Assembly: GCA_965228855.1 (NCBI GenBank)
Contig: CBDDIJ010000002.1
Coordinates: 480,001-544,000 of the forward strand
DNA: 64,000 nucleotides
Reading direction: 5' to 3'
Origin: Candidatus Obscuribacterales bacterium
Lineage (GTDB): Bacteria > Cyanobacteriota > Vampirovibrionia > Obscuribacterales > Obscuribacteraceae
Shown here: positions 42,185-53,285 of the stretch, piece after piece
Layout: each line of letters begins with the position of its first letter
How positions within the stretch are numbered: the stretch's first letter is position 1
Made by a program: the position numbers and the translations under genes
The notes under the pieces: generated by a model
The model's input: only the letters and a program-made list of their open reading frames with translations
Database searches by the model: none
What the model was told of the DNA's origin: nothing

Positions 42185-43135
42185 ATGGCAACGCGTCCTA
42201 AATTCAATTTTCGCCGGTTGATTAGCTTGACAGTGTCGCTGCTCGCCGGGCTCACCGCGCCGTTTTACGGTGCAGTTTCCGATCTCGATTCGCAGGTTGC
42301 AAACGCCAACGCCGCGTTCGCGCGATCTCGCCCACCGGCACTAGCGCCCGATGCAGTCAACATGATTTATGCGCTCTCCGCCCAACCGGAACTGATGAAC
42401 TTGTCGTATTTGCGCTACATGATCGGCGATCCGGAAAATGAAAGATCTCAGATGGCGCTCAAGGCGAAAACGTACTACTGGTATCAAGAGCCGAAGCGCA
42501 TTGCAACTTATTCGCTGCACCAAGACGGTCCTCAGCCCGGAACGGTTACGCGTTCAATCTTCACCATAACGGTCCCCGACTCGCAGCTCACAACCAAAGA
42601 GATGGAGCGATTGTTCGGACAGGAACATAAGCGCGTGTTCGACCACAACTCACATCCGACCGATGTTTACTCGTTCGGTCCGCATACTTACGTTGCATTT
42701 GCTCAGCCTCAGGACACATTCCGGGTGAATAAAATCCACGTTGGATACGAAGGTCCGCCTCTGAAGCCGCCTCCGCAAGAGGCTGTTTATGCCGCATACA
42801 ATTTCGGCAAAAACAAAGCCGTCGGCGCGGCAATGAAGAATGGCGACTGGCGCGAGGCTATCGGCTGGCTACGACGCGACGCGGCTTTGAGACCGAGTGA
42901 CCCATTCGTTCACATTCAACTCGGACAAGCCTATCGAGCCGGTCTGATGATCAATGAGGCGATTTCCGAATATTCACAAGCCGCTAGATGCGGAGCCGGA
43001 AATCCAGAGGTGGAGAAGATTTGCCGAGCAGCGCTTGTTGACATGAAAGTACTTCCTGCACATGCACAACATCGCCAAACCGACCGACGCAGCTACGTCG
43101 CCGGCGGTTCTCTTGGCAGCGCAGCCGGACTTTAG
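42185..43135 (+). CDS. Exported hypothetical protein with C-terminal TPR
   Basis: Signal-like N-terminus; P.DPFVHIQLGQAYRAG...EAISEY. Confidence 0.7.
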   Translation: MATRPKFNFRRLISLTVSLLAGLTAPFYGAVSDLDSQVANANAAFARSRPPALAPDAVNMIYALSAQPELMNLSYLRYMIGDPENERSQMALKAKTYYWYQEPKRIATYSLHQDGPQPGTVTRSIFTITVPDSQLTTKEMERLFGQEHKRVFDHNSHPTDVYSFGPHTYVAFAQPQDTFRVNKIHVGYEGPPLKPPPQEAVYAAYNFGKNKAVGAAMKNGDWREAIGWLRRDAALRPSDPFVHIQLGQAYRAGLMINEAISEYSQAARCGAGNPEVEKICRAALVDMKVLPAHAQHRQTDRRSYVAGGSLGSAAGL

Positions 43136-43341
43136 CAGAAAAAGTCATTTGTGACCGTTTTGGTCGAGCGCCATATCCGAACAAGTTTAACCTTCTCGAA
43201 AGCCACGCCGGTCGGTCGGTTTCAGCCCCAGCCAGATTAATTCCGCTTGACATTAACACCTCATATGGTCTAATTACAAAATACACATGGATATGTGTGT
43301 CATTCCGGTCCGAAATCTTACTATCACAGGCGTGCGCATTT

Positions 43342-43830
43342 ATGTCTCTCGGAAACAATCAAGCTTTTGACGGCGGCGTGGGTCGCGGCACATCCGATCG
43401 CACCGTCGATTCCTCGAACTTCATCACCGTGTCCGCACCTACCGAAGCACTCCAGGCAGATGCCTACAAAGGTTTCGGTCACCCGAGCGACAACGGCAAT
43501 GTCAACGTCAAACAATCAGACGGTTTTCTTGCCGGCATGGACCGCGCCATCAACTCCGTTCCGGAAGAAATGGTCGGCGCGCAGCGCGAAATAATCGGCG
43601 GAAAGTCGACCCAGGCGATCTGGGATGCAAATGGGAATGGCAAGGTCGATGTGGACGAATTCAAAGACAACCAGGCAGAAAAAGACCGCAATCATGCCGG
43701 TTTAGCTGCGTTAAACTGGGGCTTCGGTAAAGGCGGGGATGCACCCGGCGACCTGACCAAAGAACAACAAGAGCTGGTCAAGAAACTTGCTGACGAGATG
43801 ATCGCGAAGAACACCACTTCTAACGCCTGA
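43342..43830 (+). CDS. Hypothetical protein with an EF-hand-like loop
   Basis: DANGNGKVDVDEF. Confidence 0.6.
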   Translation: MSLGNNQAFDGGVGRGTSDRTVDSSNFITVSAPTEALQADAYKGFGHPSDNGNVNVKQSDGFLAGMDRAINSVPEEMVGAQREIIGGKSTQAIWDANGNGKVDVDEFKDNQAEKDRNHAGLAALNWGFGKGGDAPGDLTKEQQELVKKLADEMIAKNTTSNA

Positions 43831-43935
43831 GCAAGCGAAACGTCGACTTTAAAGATACTCAAGCTGTGGATTTACAGCTTGAAGTGAATCGCATCGGACA
43901 TTTACTCTAAGAGCACTTATTTCAAGGGCTCTCTA

Positions 43936-44967
43936 ATGTCTCTCACATCAAATCTAGCCTCCAGCGGAAGCAAAGCCGTTGTAGTCGTTCACGGCGGTGC
44001 AGGCGCGATTGAACGAGCAAAACTCACAGCGAGTCGAGAAAAGGAAGCCAGAGATAAACTGACCGAAGCATTGAGAGCCGGACACAAGGTTATTTCAGAA
44101 GGCGGTAGCAGTTTAGACGCTGTAGTTGCGGCTGTAAAAGTTCTAGAAGACGCCTCCTGCTATAACGCCGGGCGTGGGTCTTGCCTGAGTCGGTCCGGCA
44201 AAGCAGAGATGGACGCGGCCGTCATGGACGGTTCCAATTTGAGAGCCGGCGCAGTCGCCGGGCTGACCTGCGTAAAGAATCCGGTCATGGCCGCACGCGC
44301 GGTGATGGATCACAGCGATCACGTTCTCCTCGTTGGAGCCGGAGCCAACGCCTTTTCGCGCAAGATTGCCAACCAGGCGGGCCTCAAAATTGTCTCTCAA
44401 GAATACTTCGTAACCGCCCGCGCTGAGCGTAATCTGCAACAGTTTCTTCAGCAAGAAGCGGAAGCCAAAAGACTGGGTATCAAGGGACCATCGGGATTAA
44501 CCACCGGCTCGTCACAGGATGACGATCGGCTTGAGGAGCCGCTCGGCAAGAAATACGGAACGGTAGGTGCGGTTGCAGTCGATAAAAACGGACACATCGC
44601 AGCAGCTACGTCGACCGGGGGCATCGTCGCCAAAAGCCCAGGACGAGTGGGCGATTCGCCGATTGTAGGCGCCGGCACATTCGCGGACGACGAGACCTGC
44701 GCGCTGTCCGCTACCGGCACCGGAGAACATTTCATTCGCGGCTGCGTCGGACACGAAGCCAGCGCGCTAATTAGATACCTTGGAATGACAGTTGCTGAAG
44801 CCGCAGAGCGCATTTTCTCTGTGACACTACCTCGCACCGGCGGCGAAGGAGGCGTAATTTTGATCAATACGAAGGGCGACTTCGCAATGCGCTTCAACAC
44901 GCTTGGAATGTACCGCGGCGTCGTTCTCGAAGACGGCACGATCGAAACCTCCGTCTACGCAAACTAG
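43936..44967 (+). CDS. iaaA: Isoaspartyl peptidase/L-asparaginase (Ntn hydrolase)
   Basis: HGGAG, EMDAAVMDG, GTVGAVA, AATSTGG, GRVGDSP. Confidence 0.93.
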   Translation: MSLTSNLASSGSKAVVVVHGGAGAIERAKLTASREKEARDKLTEALRAGHKVISEGGSSLDAVVAAVKVLEDASCYNAGRGSCLSRSGKAEMDAAVMDGSNLRAGAVAGLTCVKNPVMAARAVMDHSDHVLLVGAGANAFSRKIANQAGLKIVSQEYFVTARAERNLQQFLQQEAEAKRLGIKGPSGLTTGSSQDDDRLEEPLGKKYGTVGAVAVDKNGHIAAATSTGGIVAKSPGRVGDSPIVGAGTFADDETCALSATGTGEHFIRGCVGHEASALIRYLGMTVAEAAERIFSVTLPRTGGEGGVILINTKGDFAMRFNTLGMYRGVVLEDGTIETSVYAN

Positions 44968-44983
44968 ACGGAAACGTTCACCG

Positions 44984-45940
44984 CTACTGACAAACAGCCA
45001 ACATTTTGTTCAAAGACTCTTTGAAGAAACGTTCGTCATCCTCTGAAATTCCCAGGCAAACCTCCTGATTTACCTGACGCGCAAGCTGAGGCAGAACCTG
45101 GATCAAGCGCTCTCCATCCGCAGTTAGCCAAACTAGATGGGAACGCCGATCGCGCTCATCTCGCTCTTTGCGGATCAAAGATCTCTCTTCCATTCTCTCG
45201 AGCACACCGGCAAGGGAACCGCCAATTTGCTCGAGGTAATGCCCGATCTCGGAAACCGGGACGCCATCTTCCTGCCAGAGCCTGCACAGTACGACCCAGT
45301 GACTTGGAGTGACGTTATGCACCTCGATAAGATCAGCGAAGCGTCGCGTCGTGAGCAGCTGCAAGACCTTTAAACGGTAGCCGGGACCTCGGGGTGGAAG
45401 AATGAAGTGAAATTTTTGGGGAACCTCAACGCTTTCATGTGGAAGACAAACCGAGTAGGACGGCTCAAAATTGTAAATCATGCGATCCAAAATTTTTGAG
45501 AAACGCTCCAATTCATCCTCGGAAAGATCTTGCCAGGCATGGTACCAATGGCGGTGCACCAACGCCGGCAGCGAAGCACTGAGGGCGCGTCCCTCGTCGC
45601 TGAGAAACACTCTCCAGATGCGCTTGTCGTTCTTATCCCGCTTGCGCTTCAAAAGCTTGCGCTTCTCCATTCGCGTCAGCAGATCAGAAAGCGTTCCACC
45701 AATGTGCTGCAGCTGGCTTGCAATGTACATGACCGGCAAGCCGTCCTTTTGCCAGAGACAGGAAAGAACAACCCAATGACTGAGCGTGATGTCGAATTCG
45801 CCAAGCGCGTCGTTAAGCCGTTTCGCCATAATCGTCACGACGCGTTTCACGAGATAACCGACTGATTGCCTGGCAAACAGTTCGGAAAATTCTTTTTTGA
45901 TCTCGTCTTTGTCGCGCGTTTTTTCGAGCATGTTGTTCAA
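44984..45940 (-). CDS. Tandem double-MarR transcriptional regulator
   Basis: Two similar wHTH repeats (SHWVVL..LWQ.DG.PV...RME...D.R). Confidence 0.88.
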   Translation of the reverse strand: MNNMLEKTRDKDEIKKEFSELFARQSVGYLVKRVVTIMAKRLNDALGEFDITLSHWVVLSCLWQKDGLPVMYIASQLQHIGGTLSDLLTRMEKRKLLKRKRDKNDKRIWRVFLSDEGRALSASLPALVHRHWYHAWQDLSEDELERFSKILDRMIYNFEPSYSVCLPHESVEVPQKFHFILPPRGPGYRLKVLQLLTTRRFADLIEVHNVTPSHWVVLCRLWQEDGVPVSEIGHYLEQIGGSLAGVLERMEERSLIRKERDERDRRSHLVWLTADGERLIQVLPQLARQVNQEVCLGISEDDERFFKESLNKMLAVCQ

Positions 45941-46023
45941 TCACACCCCGATCACAATCATACATCAGTCCGGCACCAAAATGCCCACCGGTACTAGCAG
46001 ACGATTGCCAAGGTTAATTATGG

Positions 46024-46053
46024 TTGGCACGAATAGTTCGTATCACCTATAAT
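46024..46053 (+). promoter_or_regulatory. Putative sigma70 promoter of the RND operon with an overlapping palindromic operator
   Basis: TTGGCA 46024, 18 nt, TATAAT 46048; ACGAA-tag-TTCGT inverted repeat at 46029-46041. Confidence 0.5.
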
Positions 46054-46085
46054 AACAACAAAGGCATACCTGCGGGTCGATTACT

Positions 46086-49000
46086 ATGTGGATCGTACAG
46101 CTGGCGCTTAAACGACCATACACTTTCGTAGTCGTTTCGCTATTCATATGCATCCTCGGATTCGTCAGCATCACAAAAATGCCGACGGACATTTTTCCAA
46201 CGATCAACATGCCGGTAGTTTCAGTTATCTGGAGTTACAACGGGCTTCCGGCTGAACAGATGGAAAACCGCATAACGACTATATGCGAGCGAGCCATTAC
46301 GACAGTCACGAGCGACATCGACCACATCGAATCCTCATCGTTGAACGGCATCTCCGTCATAAAGGTTTATCTGCATCAAAGCGCCGATGTCGGAAGAGCG
46401 GTTGGAACTATTTCCGCCCTGTGCCAGACACTTCTTCGCATTTATCCGCCAGGAACGACGCCACCATTGATTACTTCGTTCAGCGCATCCGACGTCCCCG
46501 TACTTCAGCTGGGCGTCGGAAGCAGAGTGCTGTCGGAGCAAGAACTATTCGATTACGGTTTGAACTTCATTAGAACTGGTCTTTCCGGCGTCCAGGGCGC
46601 GTCTCTTCCGTTGCCATACGGAGGCAAAAGCAGGCAGGTTATGGTCGATCTCGACCCGCACGCGCTGCAATCAAAAGGTCTGTCTGCAACCGACGTCTCT
46701 CTTGCCCTCGCCGGGCAAAACGTCATTCTTCCAAGCGGTCAGGCAAAAATCGGCGCCACTCAATTTCCGGTCCAACTCAACAGCACTCCTGAAACAGTGG
46801 AAGGGTTCAACCACCTTCCGTTGAAACAGATTAATGGAACCACTGTCTATCTCAAAGATGTCGCACACGTCCGCGACGGCTTTGCGGTTCAAACCAATAT
46901 CGTCCACCAGGACGGCAGAAGATCGACGCTGCTGAACGTTTTGAAAAGCGGCAGTGCCTCTACGATCTCGGTGGTTGAACGGGTTCGCAAAGCACTTCCT
47001 CAGGTACTATCCACGGTGCCTAAGTCTTTGAACGTTCAGCTGATCGCCGACCAATCCGTTTTCGTTAAAGCCGCCGTCGACGGTGTTATTCGCGAAGCGG
47101 CAATTGCAGCTTTTCTGACGGCAATGTTGATTCTCGTACTCCTGGGGAGCTGGCGTAGCACCTTCGTGGTCGCAATTTCGATCCCCCTATCAATTCTCGC
47201 ATCGATCATTTGTCTCTCGCTCTGCCATCAGACCTTGAACATCATGACTCTCGGCGGACTGGCTCTGGCCGTGGGTATGCTTGTTGATGACGCTACGGTC
47301 GAAGTGGAAAATATCCACCGCAACATGGCCATGGGCAAGCCTATAACGCAGGCGATCCTCGATGGTGCCGAGCAGATCGCAGCGCCTTCGTTTGTCTCGA
47401 CGCTCGCGATTTGCATCGTGTTCGTCCCCGTTCTAATGCTAACCGAGCCGGCAAAATCGCTGTTCGTGCCGCTCGGCATGGCAGTCGTATTCGCGATGAT
47501 GTTTTCCTACTTCCTCTCACGCACGCTCGTTCCAGTGATGTGTCAGTACCTTCTGAAAGGTCATGAGGAGGAGGATACTGAAACTCACAAAGGCAACATC
47601 TTCACCGCAGTCCATCTGTTTGTAAACTCGATTTTCGATGCCGTTCGAGACAAATACAAAGTCATTCTGGATTTTTTTCTCCTCCGGAAAACACTCACTG
47701 TCATCGCCTTTTTGACCTTCTTCAGTTTGTCGTCGTTTCTAATTCCGGTAATCGGCATGGACTTCTTCCCCAGCGTCGATGCCGGTCAGCTGCGAATGCA
47801 CCTGACGGCGCCTACAGGAACAAGACTGGAGGAAACCGAGAGAATTTTCTTGCAAGTCGAAGACGAAATCAGGAAGATCATCAGCCACGAGGATCTGGCT
47901 ACAATCCTGGATAACATCGGCATTCCCACAAGCGGGATAAACCTGGCTTACGGCGACAATATTACGACCAGTGAGTTCGATGGTGAAATTCTGATTTCGC
48001 TTACTGAGGAACATAAAACTTCCACGTTCGTTTACGCCGACAAAATACGAGCGATGCTAAAGAAAAAATTTCCCGAAGTGAATTGCTTCTTCCAGCCCGC
48101 TGACATCGTGAGCCAGATTTTAAACGCCGGTCTGCCGGCTCCAATCGATATTCAAGTTGCAGGACGCAATAAGAAGGCGAACTACAAGATTGCCCAGCAG
48201 ATTCGCAAAGAAGTCGCTGCAGTGCGCGGATCCGCAGATGTCACTCTTCATCAAATCACCAATGCTCCACAGTTGAACCTGAACGTCGATCGCACCAAAG
48301 CCAATCAACTCGGTTTCTCTCAACGAGATATCGCATCCTCTCTGCTAATCAGCCTGGCCTCCAGTTTTCAAACCGCACCAGGCTTCTGGGTAAATCCGGA
48401 AAACGGAGTCAACTATCCTGTCGCCGTTCAAACGCCTGAGCATCGGATTGGCAGTGTCGACGCGATCATGCAGACTCCAGTCACCAGCCCGACAAGCAAC
48501 TCGCCGCAGCTTCTGATGAACCTGGCGACGGCGCAACAGGGAACAACCGCGACAGTCGTCAATCATTACAAGATTCAACCTGTGTACAACGTGTTCGCAA
48601 ACGTCAACAATCGCGATCTCGGTGGCGTGATGGCTGACGTCGAAAAGATTGTCAAACGCATCGAGCCGGACTTGCCGCGCGGCAGCTCCATTTCCGTTCG
48701 TGGACAAGCTCAGAGCATGACGGCGGCTTTCTACGGATTGCTCAGCGGACTGGTATTCGCGCTATTACTGGTTTACCTGCTTCTCGTAATCAATTTCCAA
48801 TCCTGGACCGATCCATTGATCATTCTCATGGCACTTCCGGGCGCCGCCACAGGCATCTTATGGGCTCTCTACTCAACGCAAACCACCTTCAGCGTCCCCG
48901 CACTCATGGGGGCTATAGTATCGATTGGTGTAGCCTCTGCTAACAGCATATTGCTAGTCACATTTGCCAACGACCAGTTGGCGGAGGGGTATGATGCCAC

Positions 49001-49280
49001 GGAAGCAGCCTCGCAGGCTGGATTCACGCGATTTCGTCCAGTCGTCATGACCGCCAGCGCAATGATAATCGGCATGCTTCCCATGGCACTGGGGTTGGGC
49101 GAAGGCGGCTCGCAAAATGCACCGCTGGGACGCGCCGTGATCGGTGGACTTAGTGTCGCGACAGTGGCGACTCTGCTATTTGTCCCCTGTATTTTTGCAA
49201 TCGTTCGAAGAAACGCAAAGCAACCGATCGTGAGCCACGAGCACGATCTGGCGCCGTCCGGAGGAATCAAGTATGACTGA
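46086..49280 (+). CDS. RND efflux permease (AcrB/AcrD/AcrF family)
   Basis: 1064 aa; GMLVDDATVEVENI, RFRPVVMTA. Confidence 0.95.
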   Translation: MWIVQLALKRPYTFVVVSLFICILGFVSITKMPTDIFPTINMPVVSVIWSYNGLPAEQMENRITTICERAITTVTSDIDHIESSSLNGISVIKVYLHQSADVGRAVGTISALCQTLLRIYPPGTTPPLITSFSASDVPVLQLGVGSRVLSEQELFDYGLNFIRTGLSGVQGASLPLPYGGKSRQVMVDLDPHALQSKGLSATDVSLALAGQNVILPSGQAKIGATQFPVQLNSTPETVEGFNHLPLKQINGTTVYLKDVAHVRDGFAVQTNIVHQDGRRSTLLNVLKSGSASTISVVERVRKALPQVLSTVPKSLNVQLIADQSVFVKAAVDGVIREAAIAAFLTAMLILVLLGSWRSTFVVAISIPLSILASIICLSLCHQTLNIMTLGGLALAVGMLVDDATVEVENIHRNMAMGKPITQAILDGAEQIAAPSFVSTLAICIVFVPVLMLTEPAKSLFVPLGMAVVFAMMFSYFLSRTLVPVMCQYLLKGHEEEDTETHKGNIFTAVHLFVNSIFDAVRDKYKVILDFFLLRKTLTVIAFLTFFSLSSFLIPVIGMDFFPSVDAGQLRMHLTAPTGTRLEETERIFLQVEDEIRKIISHEDLATILDNIGIPTSGINLAYGDNITTSEFDGEILISLTEEHKTSTFVYADKIRAMLKKKFPEVNCFFQPADIVSQILNAGLPAPIDIQVAGRNKKANYKIAQQIRKEVAAVRGSADVTLHQITNAPQLNLNVDRTKANQLGFSQRDIASSLLISLASSFQTAPGFWVNPENGVNYPVAVQTPEHRIGSVDAIMQTPVTSPTSNSPQLLMNLATAQQGTTATVVNHYKIQPVYNVFANVNNRDLGGVMADVEKIVKRIEPDLPRGSSISVRGQAQSMTAAFYGLLSGLVFALLLVYLLLVINFQSWTDPLIILMALPGAATGILWALYSTQTTFSVPALMGAIVSIGVASANSILLVTFANDQLAEGYDATEAASQAGFTRFRPVVMTASAMIIGMLPMALGLGEGGSQNAPLGRAVIGGLSVATVATLLFVPCIFAIVRRNAKQPIVSHEHDLAPSGGIKYD

Positions 49281-50721
49281 AGAGCTCAAGAGCCCCGACC
49301 TGGGAGCGCGCGCCTCAAACGTGCAGCCGATTCAAATAGCTCGCTCGGTTCATGCCGTTCATCCCGAAGGCGGTCATCCGGACGCTAAGTTCAAAACCGG
49401 TTCCGGCTCGAAGATTCCGCTTGCCGTCACTGCCTTTCTCGTAGGAGGCGCCGTTGTCTTCGGGGGAATATTCGCAGCCGGTCTCATACCTCGCTTGCAA
49501 CAAAAAGAACAAGCGGCCGCTCTCGCCAAAGAAGAAGCGAAACAGTTGCCATCATATGCGGTGACAACGATAAAACCAGGCAAGAAAATTACGGAGCTCA
49601 CTCTGCCTGCAAACATACAGGCAATCCAAGAATTCAGTATCTACGCCCGCTGCGATGGTTATCTGAAGCAACGATTGGTCGACATCGGCGACCGGGTTAA
49701 AAAAGATCAGCTATTGATGGTGATAGACGCACCGGAACTCGAACAGCAATTGAAGGGCGCGCAGGCTGCGTTGCAACAAGCCAAAGCCCAATTGAAGTCT
49801 GCTGAAGCAGATCTCGCGCAGTCGGTTTCTCTCATAGAAAACAATAAGGCTTCTGTGAAACGGCTACAGGCGGTGTTGACATTTGCAAAGCGAGAACTGC
49901 ATCGTTACGAGGAATTGGCGAACCAGGGAGCCGTGAGTGTCGAGCAACGAGATGAAAAATTAAGGGATCTCGACGCCGACCGCGCATCTGTCGAGGCAGC
50001 CAATGCGGCTGTCGAAGCGGCTCAAGCTCAGGCTTCAGCGAATCGCGAAAAGATCTCAGCAGCAAAAGCGTCAGTAGAGGCGGCTCACGCACAAGTGCGC
50101 GAGATCCAGTCGCTAGCCTCATTCCAGCGCCTGCTAGCACCCTGCGATGGCGTTATCACTGCGAGAAACGTGGATGCCGGAGCTCTGGTCTCCAAAGGCA
50201 GCAGCACGAACAATCAGGCCCTGATGAAGATGGCTCGAACTGACGTGCTGCGTGTGTTCGTATTTATTCCGCAATCGGATTACCAGGGTGTATACGTTGG
50301 GATGCCTGCAAAAATCAAAATCGCCGAGTTGCGAGACAAAACTTTTGAGGGCCGCATCGCACACATCTCAGGAGGCATGGACCCGACCTCCCGAACACTT
50401 CAAACAGAAATTCAGATTCCAAACCAAACCGGCTCACTGCTGCCGGGAATGTACGCGCAAGTCAGCTTATCCGCGGAACGCGAGAATCCACCGTCAATTA
50501 TCCCCGACCAGGCAATCGTTGTTAAACCGGATGGGCAGTTTGTCATCACCGTTTCACGCGACGGAACAGCTCACTATCAGCGGATCAAACTGGGACGAGA
50601 TTTCGGACACGAAAGCGAAGTGCTATCCGGGCTCAAACCTGGAATGGTTATCACGACCGAACCTTCAAATGAAATAATGGAAGGTCAGAAAATTAGCACG
50701 CGCTCCGCAACCGCGGACTAG
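49273..50721 (+). CDS. RND membrane fusion protein
   Basis: TM anchor, lipoyl halves, APCDGVITARNV, LLPGMY. Confidence 0.92.
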   Translation: MTEELKSPDLGARASNVQPIQIARSVHAVHPEGGHPDAKFKTGSGSKIPLAVTAFLVGGAVVFGGIFAAGLIPRLQQKEQAAALAKEEAKQLPSYAVTTIKPGKKITELTLPANIQAIQEFSIYARCDGYLKQRLVDIGDRVKKDQLLMVIDAPELEQQLKGAQAALQQAKAQLKSAEADLAQSVSLIENNKASVKRLQAVLTFAKRELHRYEELANQGAVSVEQRDEKLRDLDADRASVEAANAAVEAAQAQASANREKISAAKASVEAAHAQVREIQSLASFQRLLAPCDGVITARNVDAGALVSKGSSTNNQALMKMARTDVLRVFVFIPQSDYQGVYVGMPAKIKIAELRDKTFEGRIAHISGGMDPTSRTLQTEIQIPNQTGSLLPGMYAQVSLSAERENPPSIIPDQAIVVKPDGQFVITVSRDGTAHYQRIKLGRDFGHESEVLSGLKPGMVITTEPSNEIMEGQKISTRSATAD

Positions 50722-51015
50722 AAGTAGATTCCATCAGTCTGCACTTTTTTCTCCACCAAATCTACACCAGTTACTCACGCGACGATCACAAGCCTGAAAC
50801 AATATATTGGATATGGTCATCGCTCGCCAAGCCAGCATTGCCCAGCTTCCGCACCTTGCGAACGCGGCGAGCGGTTTACTGCTGGTACTGGATATGGTGC
50901 AACAATTTTGCGCAATTATCGTCGCTAAATCACAAATACGCAATTAGGATGATGCGATCCAAAGTTGCCTTGACCTAATCTTCCTCTGTAACCCGATTTT
51001 TTAGAAACCCGATTC

Positions 51016-52065
51016 ATGAAAATAATAAGTACGGCCACCAGCTTTCCCAACCACTATTACGCACAATCTGAGATTACGACGGCTTTAGGAGATTATTGGC
51101 AGGATGCGCTTAAAAAGCGCGAAGTAATGGAGCGTTTCCATCGCAACGCTGGTGTCGAAGGAAGACACCTGGCAATGCCCGTTTCCGAGTTTCCAAAGGT
51201 GAAGGACTGGGGCGAATCAAACGACATTTTCATTCGGCAGGCAGTTACTCTTGGCGAAAGTGTCATCAACAAGGCTCTTGCGGAAAGGGCAGTACAAGCC
51301 AATCAGATCAGTGCTTTGACATTTGTATCGATAACCGGAATATCAAATCCATCGATTGATGCGAGACTGATGAATCACATCGATTTTCCCTCCAATTTGA
51401 AGCGAACTCCGATATTCGGTCTGGGCTGCGTGGGCGGAGCCGCCGGCATCGCAAGGACCGCCGATTATCTGAAAGCGTATCCGGACCAGATGGCTATTCT
51501 GTTGTCGGTAGAACTTTGCTCATTGACCTGGCAACGCGCCGATCTCACTCCCGCACACGTCATTTCATCTGCCCTCTTCGGCGACGGAGCCGCGGCGGTT
51601 CTAATGTGCGGCGCTGAACTCGATCATGACGGACCAACGGTTATCGATACGCAATCGAACTTCTATCGCGGCACCGAGGATTTGATGGGATGGAACATCA
51701 CTGCCGATGGATTTCGCGTCCTGTTATCGCCCGATGTACCGAAAGTAGTGCTGGAGCACTTGCGAAGCGATGTCGACAAGCTGCTCGGCAAGCACGGATT
51801 AACACGTGCCGATATCGGTCAATGGATTATGCACACCGGAGGACCGAAGGTTCTTGAGGCCACTCAGAAAGCACTCGACCTTCCGCGTGAAGCACTAGAA
51901 GTTTCGTGGCAATGTCTGAGCGACATGGGCAATCTCTCCTCAGCATCTGTGCTTGCGGTGCTCGACCGAATCATACGCACAGCTCGTCCCCCGAAAGGCA
52001 CCTGGAGCGTTATGTCTGCGATGGGCCCGGGCTTTTGCTCAGAGCTGGTTCTGATTAAGTGGTAG
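51016..52065 (+). CDS. Type III polyketide synthase (chalcone-synthase-like, SrsA/BpsA type)
   Basis: GLGCVGG (Cys), ALFGDGAAA, HTGGPKV (His), GNLSS (Asn), MGPGF. Confidence 0.92.
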   Translation: MKIISTATSFPNHYYAQSEITTALGDYWQDALKKREVMERFHRNAGVEGRHLAMPVSEFPKVKDWGESNDIFIRQAVTLGESVINKALAERAVQANQISALTFVSITGISNPSIDARLMNHIDFPSNLKRTPIFGLGCVGGAAGIARTADYLKAYPDQMAILLSVELCSLTWQRADLTPAHVISSALFGDGAAAVLMCGAELDHDGPTVIDTQSNFYRGTEDLMGWNITADGFRVLLSPDVPKVVLEHLRSDVDKLLGKHGLTRADIGQWIMHTGGPKVLEATQKALDLPREALEVSWQCLSDMGNLSSASVLAVLDRIIRTARPPKGTWSVMSAMGPGFCSELVLIKW

Positions 52066-52085
52066 TTCTTTTCGGTAACTCAAAA

Positions 52086-53285
52086 ATGAAAACAGAATCA
52101 ACCGATGCGGTGATAATTGGCGGCGGTCCAGCCGGTCTAGCTGCGGCGATCGCACTAGCCAACCGCGGAGCTAAATGCACCGTGGTCGACTTCAAAAAAC
52201 CTCCAATCGAAAAACCTTGCGGGGAGGGCTTAATGCCCGACTCCCTGAAAGAACTCGCAAAGCTGGGAATTGAGCTTCCAAAGACCAGCGGATTCGTATT
52301 CGACGGCATCAGATTTAAACGAGGCAAATATCAGGTGGAGAGCAGCTTTCCGCTAGGCGAAGGTTTAGGTGTAAGACGAACGGTGTTACACCAAGCTCTA
52401 GTTTCCAAAGCGGAAGAATCGAAAAATATTTCTCTCGTTTGGAATACACGTGTCAGCAGAATCGACCCTGATTCAGTTTGTGTCGGGGACCGCGAGATCT
52501 CATATAAGTGGCTCATTGGAGCGGACGGAATTAATTCTGGTGTGCGTAAGTGGGCGAGCCTCGATGTCGGTGAATCGGCGACGTTCCGCTACGGCTTCCG
52601 CAGCCATTATCTGATCGAACCGTGGACATCTCGGATGGAACTTCACTGGGCAGACATCGGGCAGATGTACGTAACTCCAGTAAGTGAAGACGAAGTCTGT
52701 GTCGTCTTCCTGAGCCGAGACAAGAGTATGCGTTTCGAACAGGCGCTCCAGCGTTTTCCGGAGTTAAACGAACGACTGAATGGTGCATGCCTGTCGTCTA
52801 AACTGCAAGGCGCGGTCACTGCAATCAGAACGCTTCGTGCAGTGTCCGGAGAAAATACTGCACTTATTGGCGATGCCTCCGGATCGGTCGATGCTATCAC
52901 CGGAGAGGGACTCGCATCCTCGTTCAGGCAGGCTCTCGCTCTTGCAGATGCACTGGAGCAAAACGATCTTGCAATTTATGCCAAGGCCCATAAAGCACTT
53001 GCACAGTTACCGACGCGAATGGCTCAGCTGATGCTTCTTCTCGACCGTTTGCCAGGTCTTCAAGATCGAATAATTCGAGCCCTTTCACTTACGCCCGACA
53101 GCTTCGGAAACCTGCTGAGCGCCCATGTCGGACATCAATCCCTTCCTCTAACGATCTGCCGAGAAATTCCCAAAATCGCATGGAATCTTTTCGCGACAGA
53201 GCAGACCGGCTCTGAGTGCGACTCAATACCGTTTCCAACTCCCGCACAAACTACGTCCAAGCATGAGGTGACCAAGATTGCGTAG
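52086..53285 (+). CDS. FAD-dependent oxidoreductase/monooxygenase
   Basis: GGGPAG, KPCGEGLMP, GADG, GDASGSVDAITGEG. Confidence 0.88.
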   Translation: MKTESTDAVIIGGGPAGLAAAIALANRGAKCTVVDFKKPPIEKPCGEGLMPDSLKELAKLGIELPKTSGFVFDGIRFKRGKYQVESSFPLGEGLGVRRTVLHQALVSKAEESKNISLVWNTRVSRIDPDSVCVGDREISYKWLIGADGINSGVRKWASLDVGESATFRYGFRSHYLIEPWTSRMELHWADIGQMYVTPVSEDEVCVVFLSRDKSMRFEQALQRFPELNERLNGACLSSKLQGAVTAIRTLRAVSGENTALIGDASGSVDAITGEGLASSFRQALALADALEQNDLAIYAKAHKALAQLPTRMAQLMLLLDRLPGLQDRIIRALSLTPDSFGNLLSAHVGHQSLPLTICREIPKIAWNLFATEQTGSECDSIPFPTPAQTTSKHEVTKIA

